Positions 62,482 to 64,000 of a stretch of 64,000 nucleotides of DNA are shown here, one piece after another. The notes below the pieces were generated by a model that ran no database searches, was not told the origin of the DNA, and saw only the letters and a list, made by a program, of their open reading frames with translations. The stretch comes from Botryllus schlosseri (lineage: Eukaryota), in NCBI GenBank assembly GCA_051294905.1, contig CM119371.1, positions 34,164,001 to 34,228,000 on the forward strand, read 5' to 3'. The number at the start of each line of letters is the position of its first letter. Position 1 is the stretch's first letter. A program made the translations under genes and the position numbers.

Positions 62482-64000
62482 TAAACAGAATTTGAAATTG
62501 CCTCAACGGATCGGTGATCCGCTAAATGTGTACCACTCATTGAGTAGTGCTCGATTTTGACGACGGATTTCGTTTCTGCCGTTACCCTACCAGTTTATCA
62601 GGGGCTGGATATTGGTACTGGTGTTACACACCTGTGACTGGACTACCAGAGACAACGAGACTAGACTCACTAGAGGTTTAACCAGAGCAACGATGGGTGG
62701 CAATGGGCAATTGCGCATCAGCGATTATTGGTCGATGTGTGGTGAATCTACCTACATATAATATAATATCATTGGGAACGATAAGAAACAACATATTCAT
62801 ACGTCATATATGAGTATATCACGACTTCACGAGTATTTTCAATAATATCCAGAACCGAAAAGGTTGCTTTAAAGATTAGCAGCATAGTTTATCCAAATAC
62901 TTGAGTGGCATTGACGTCGAATATTATTTCAAAGACACCAATTCAGGGTCAATCAGCAAACGCGACTGTGTCGCAATCTTAATATGCTAACGCGCCACCC
63001 GATATGATTGCCGCACGGGGAAAGTTCAAGATTGTGCAATGTGCACAATATCTCAGATGCGCTGGTAGACGTCACATTGTTTTGATGTACTCTCTATTCT
63101 CCACAACAGATCATATAAAAATACTAACTCTCCGGACGCGAAGCTTTAATTCTTCCACAATTACGAACAATGTGTATGTAAATTGCAATGTTAATTTAGG
63201 AGAATAGCCTACCAGATACCCTGATTCCGACATAATCGTCTACTTAGAGCGAAATGCTGGTAATCTTCTAATTTATTTCTGATATTTTTCAATGCTTTAC
63301 AATTTTGAATTTAATCTACTTCTGGTTTTCCGGAAAATACTATACAGAACTGTATAGTCCGAAACGAACCGAGCTTGCTGTACAGACATTTGTCATTCTC
63401 GTGCTTATAACAAAGAGCTCTGACTTGGTATGAACTGAACTTATCTCAATTTCCAACTGGTCGCGAAAATTTTCCGAGTTATCCAACTTCACATTGACAA
63501 CGCCCACGGTTTTCACTTGGCATTCGAATTACATTTAAGCAAAGTAAAGGTGAATGAGTCCAGTATAATAAAATTTATTACCAGTCAGGTTTATAATACA
63601 AGATAAAGCGGGTGTATGCATACTGAACTCTCACCATTGCGCTATGAAATAGGCTAAGTAGCATTGGTGTGCGCGATGCCATATGCGTTCATATCAAACA
63701 TGAGACACAGCACATATATGCGAGGACAATAAGGTACGACATATCTGGACGGTTTCAACTAAAATTGATTGGTTATTTACTGGCTTGTATTCATTATGTC
63801 ATTGCGATTGTTGCTATACAATGTTCTTTTCAATTCTCTACTAGCTGCTGACGATTATCCCTGACGTGTTTCAGCCGAGAATATTCGAATTCATTTCAAT
63901 AGGAAGATATTCTTAAATCGAACGGCTCTTCCTCCAAGAGTCTCTTTATCTTCATAAGTTTCTATTAGTTTCATAAGTTTCATAAGTTTCCATAAGTTTC

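Overview
AT-rich, repeat-dominated eukaryotic DNA, probably from an invertebrate animal (the taxon cannot be fixed from sequence alone). There is no operon, CRISPR array, rRNA or convincing tRNA. The only host-type coding content is a cluster of three intronless UBE2D/Ubc4-like E2 ubiquitin-conjugating enzyme genes (one intact with a C-terminal extension, one with a late nonsense codon, one with an internal deletion) and an orphan, frameshifted Rh/ammonium-transporter exon. Two E2 copies face away from each other in a ~5 kb-arm inverted duplication (19855-24981 / 25065-39950, 83-bp spacer). The right arm carries a ~9.6 kb insert containing a five-deep DNA transposon nest (Chapaev3-like > hAT-type MITE > THAP/P element > MITE > MITE). 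A direct segmental duplication (3741-10532 / ~49480-59104) carries a dead Buster-type hAT whose two partial copies together supply both TIRs and the same 8-bp TSD. Also present are a decayed Harbinger (transposase plus spliced MADF-BESS gene), a 1.6 kb fold-back element built from a transposase 3' end, many TSD-bounded MITEs, and several satellites. I found no clearly novel biological system. The E2 palindrome is the best candidate for follow-up. All alignments were made by eye, and family names come from remembered motifs rather than database searches.
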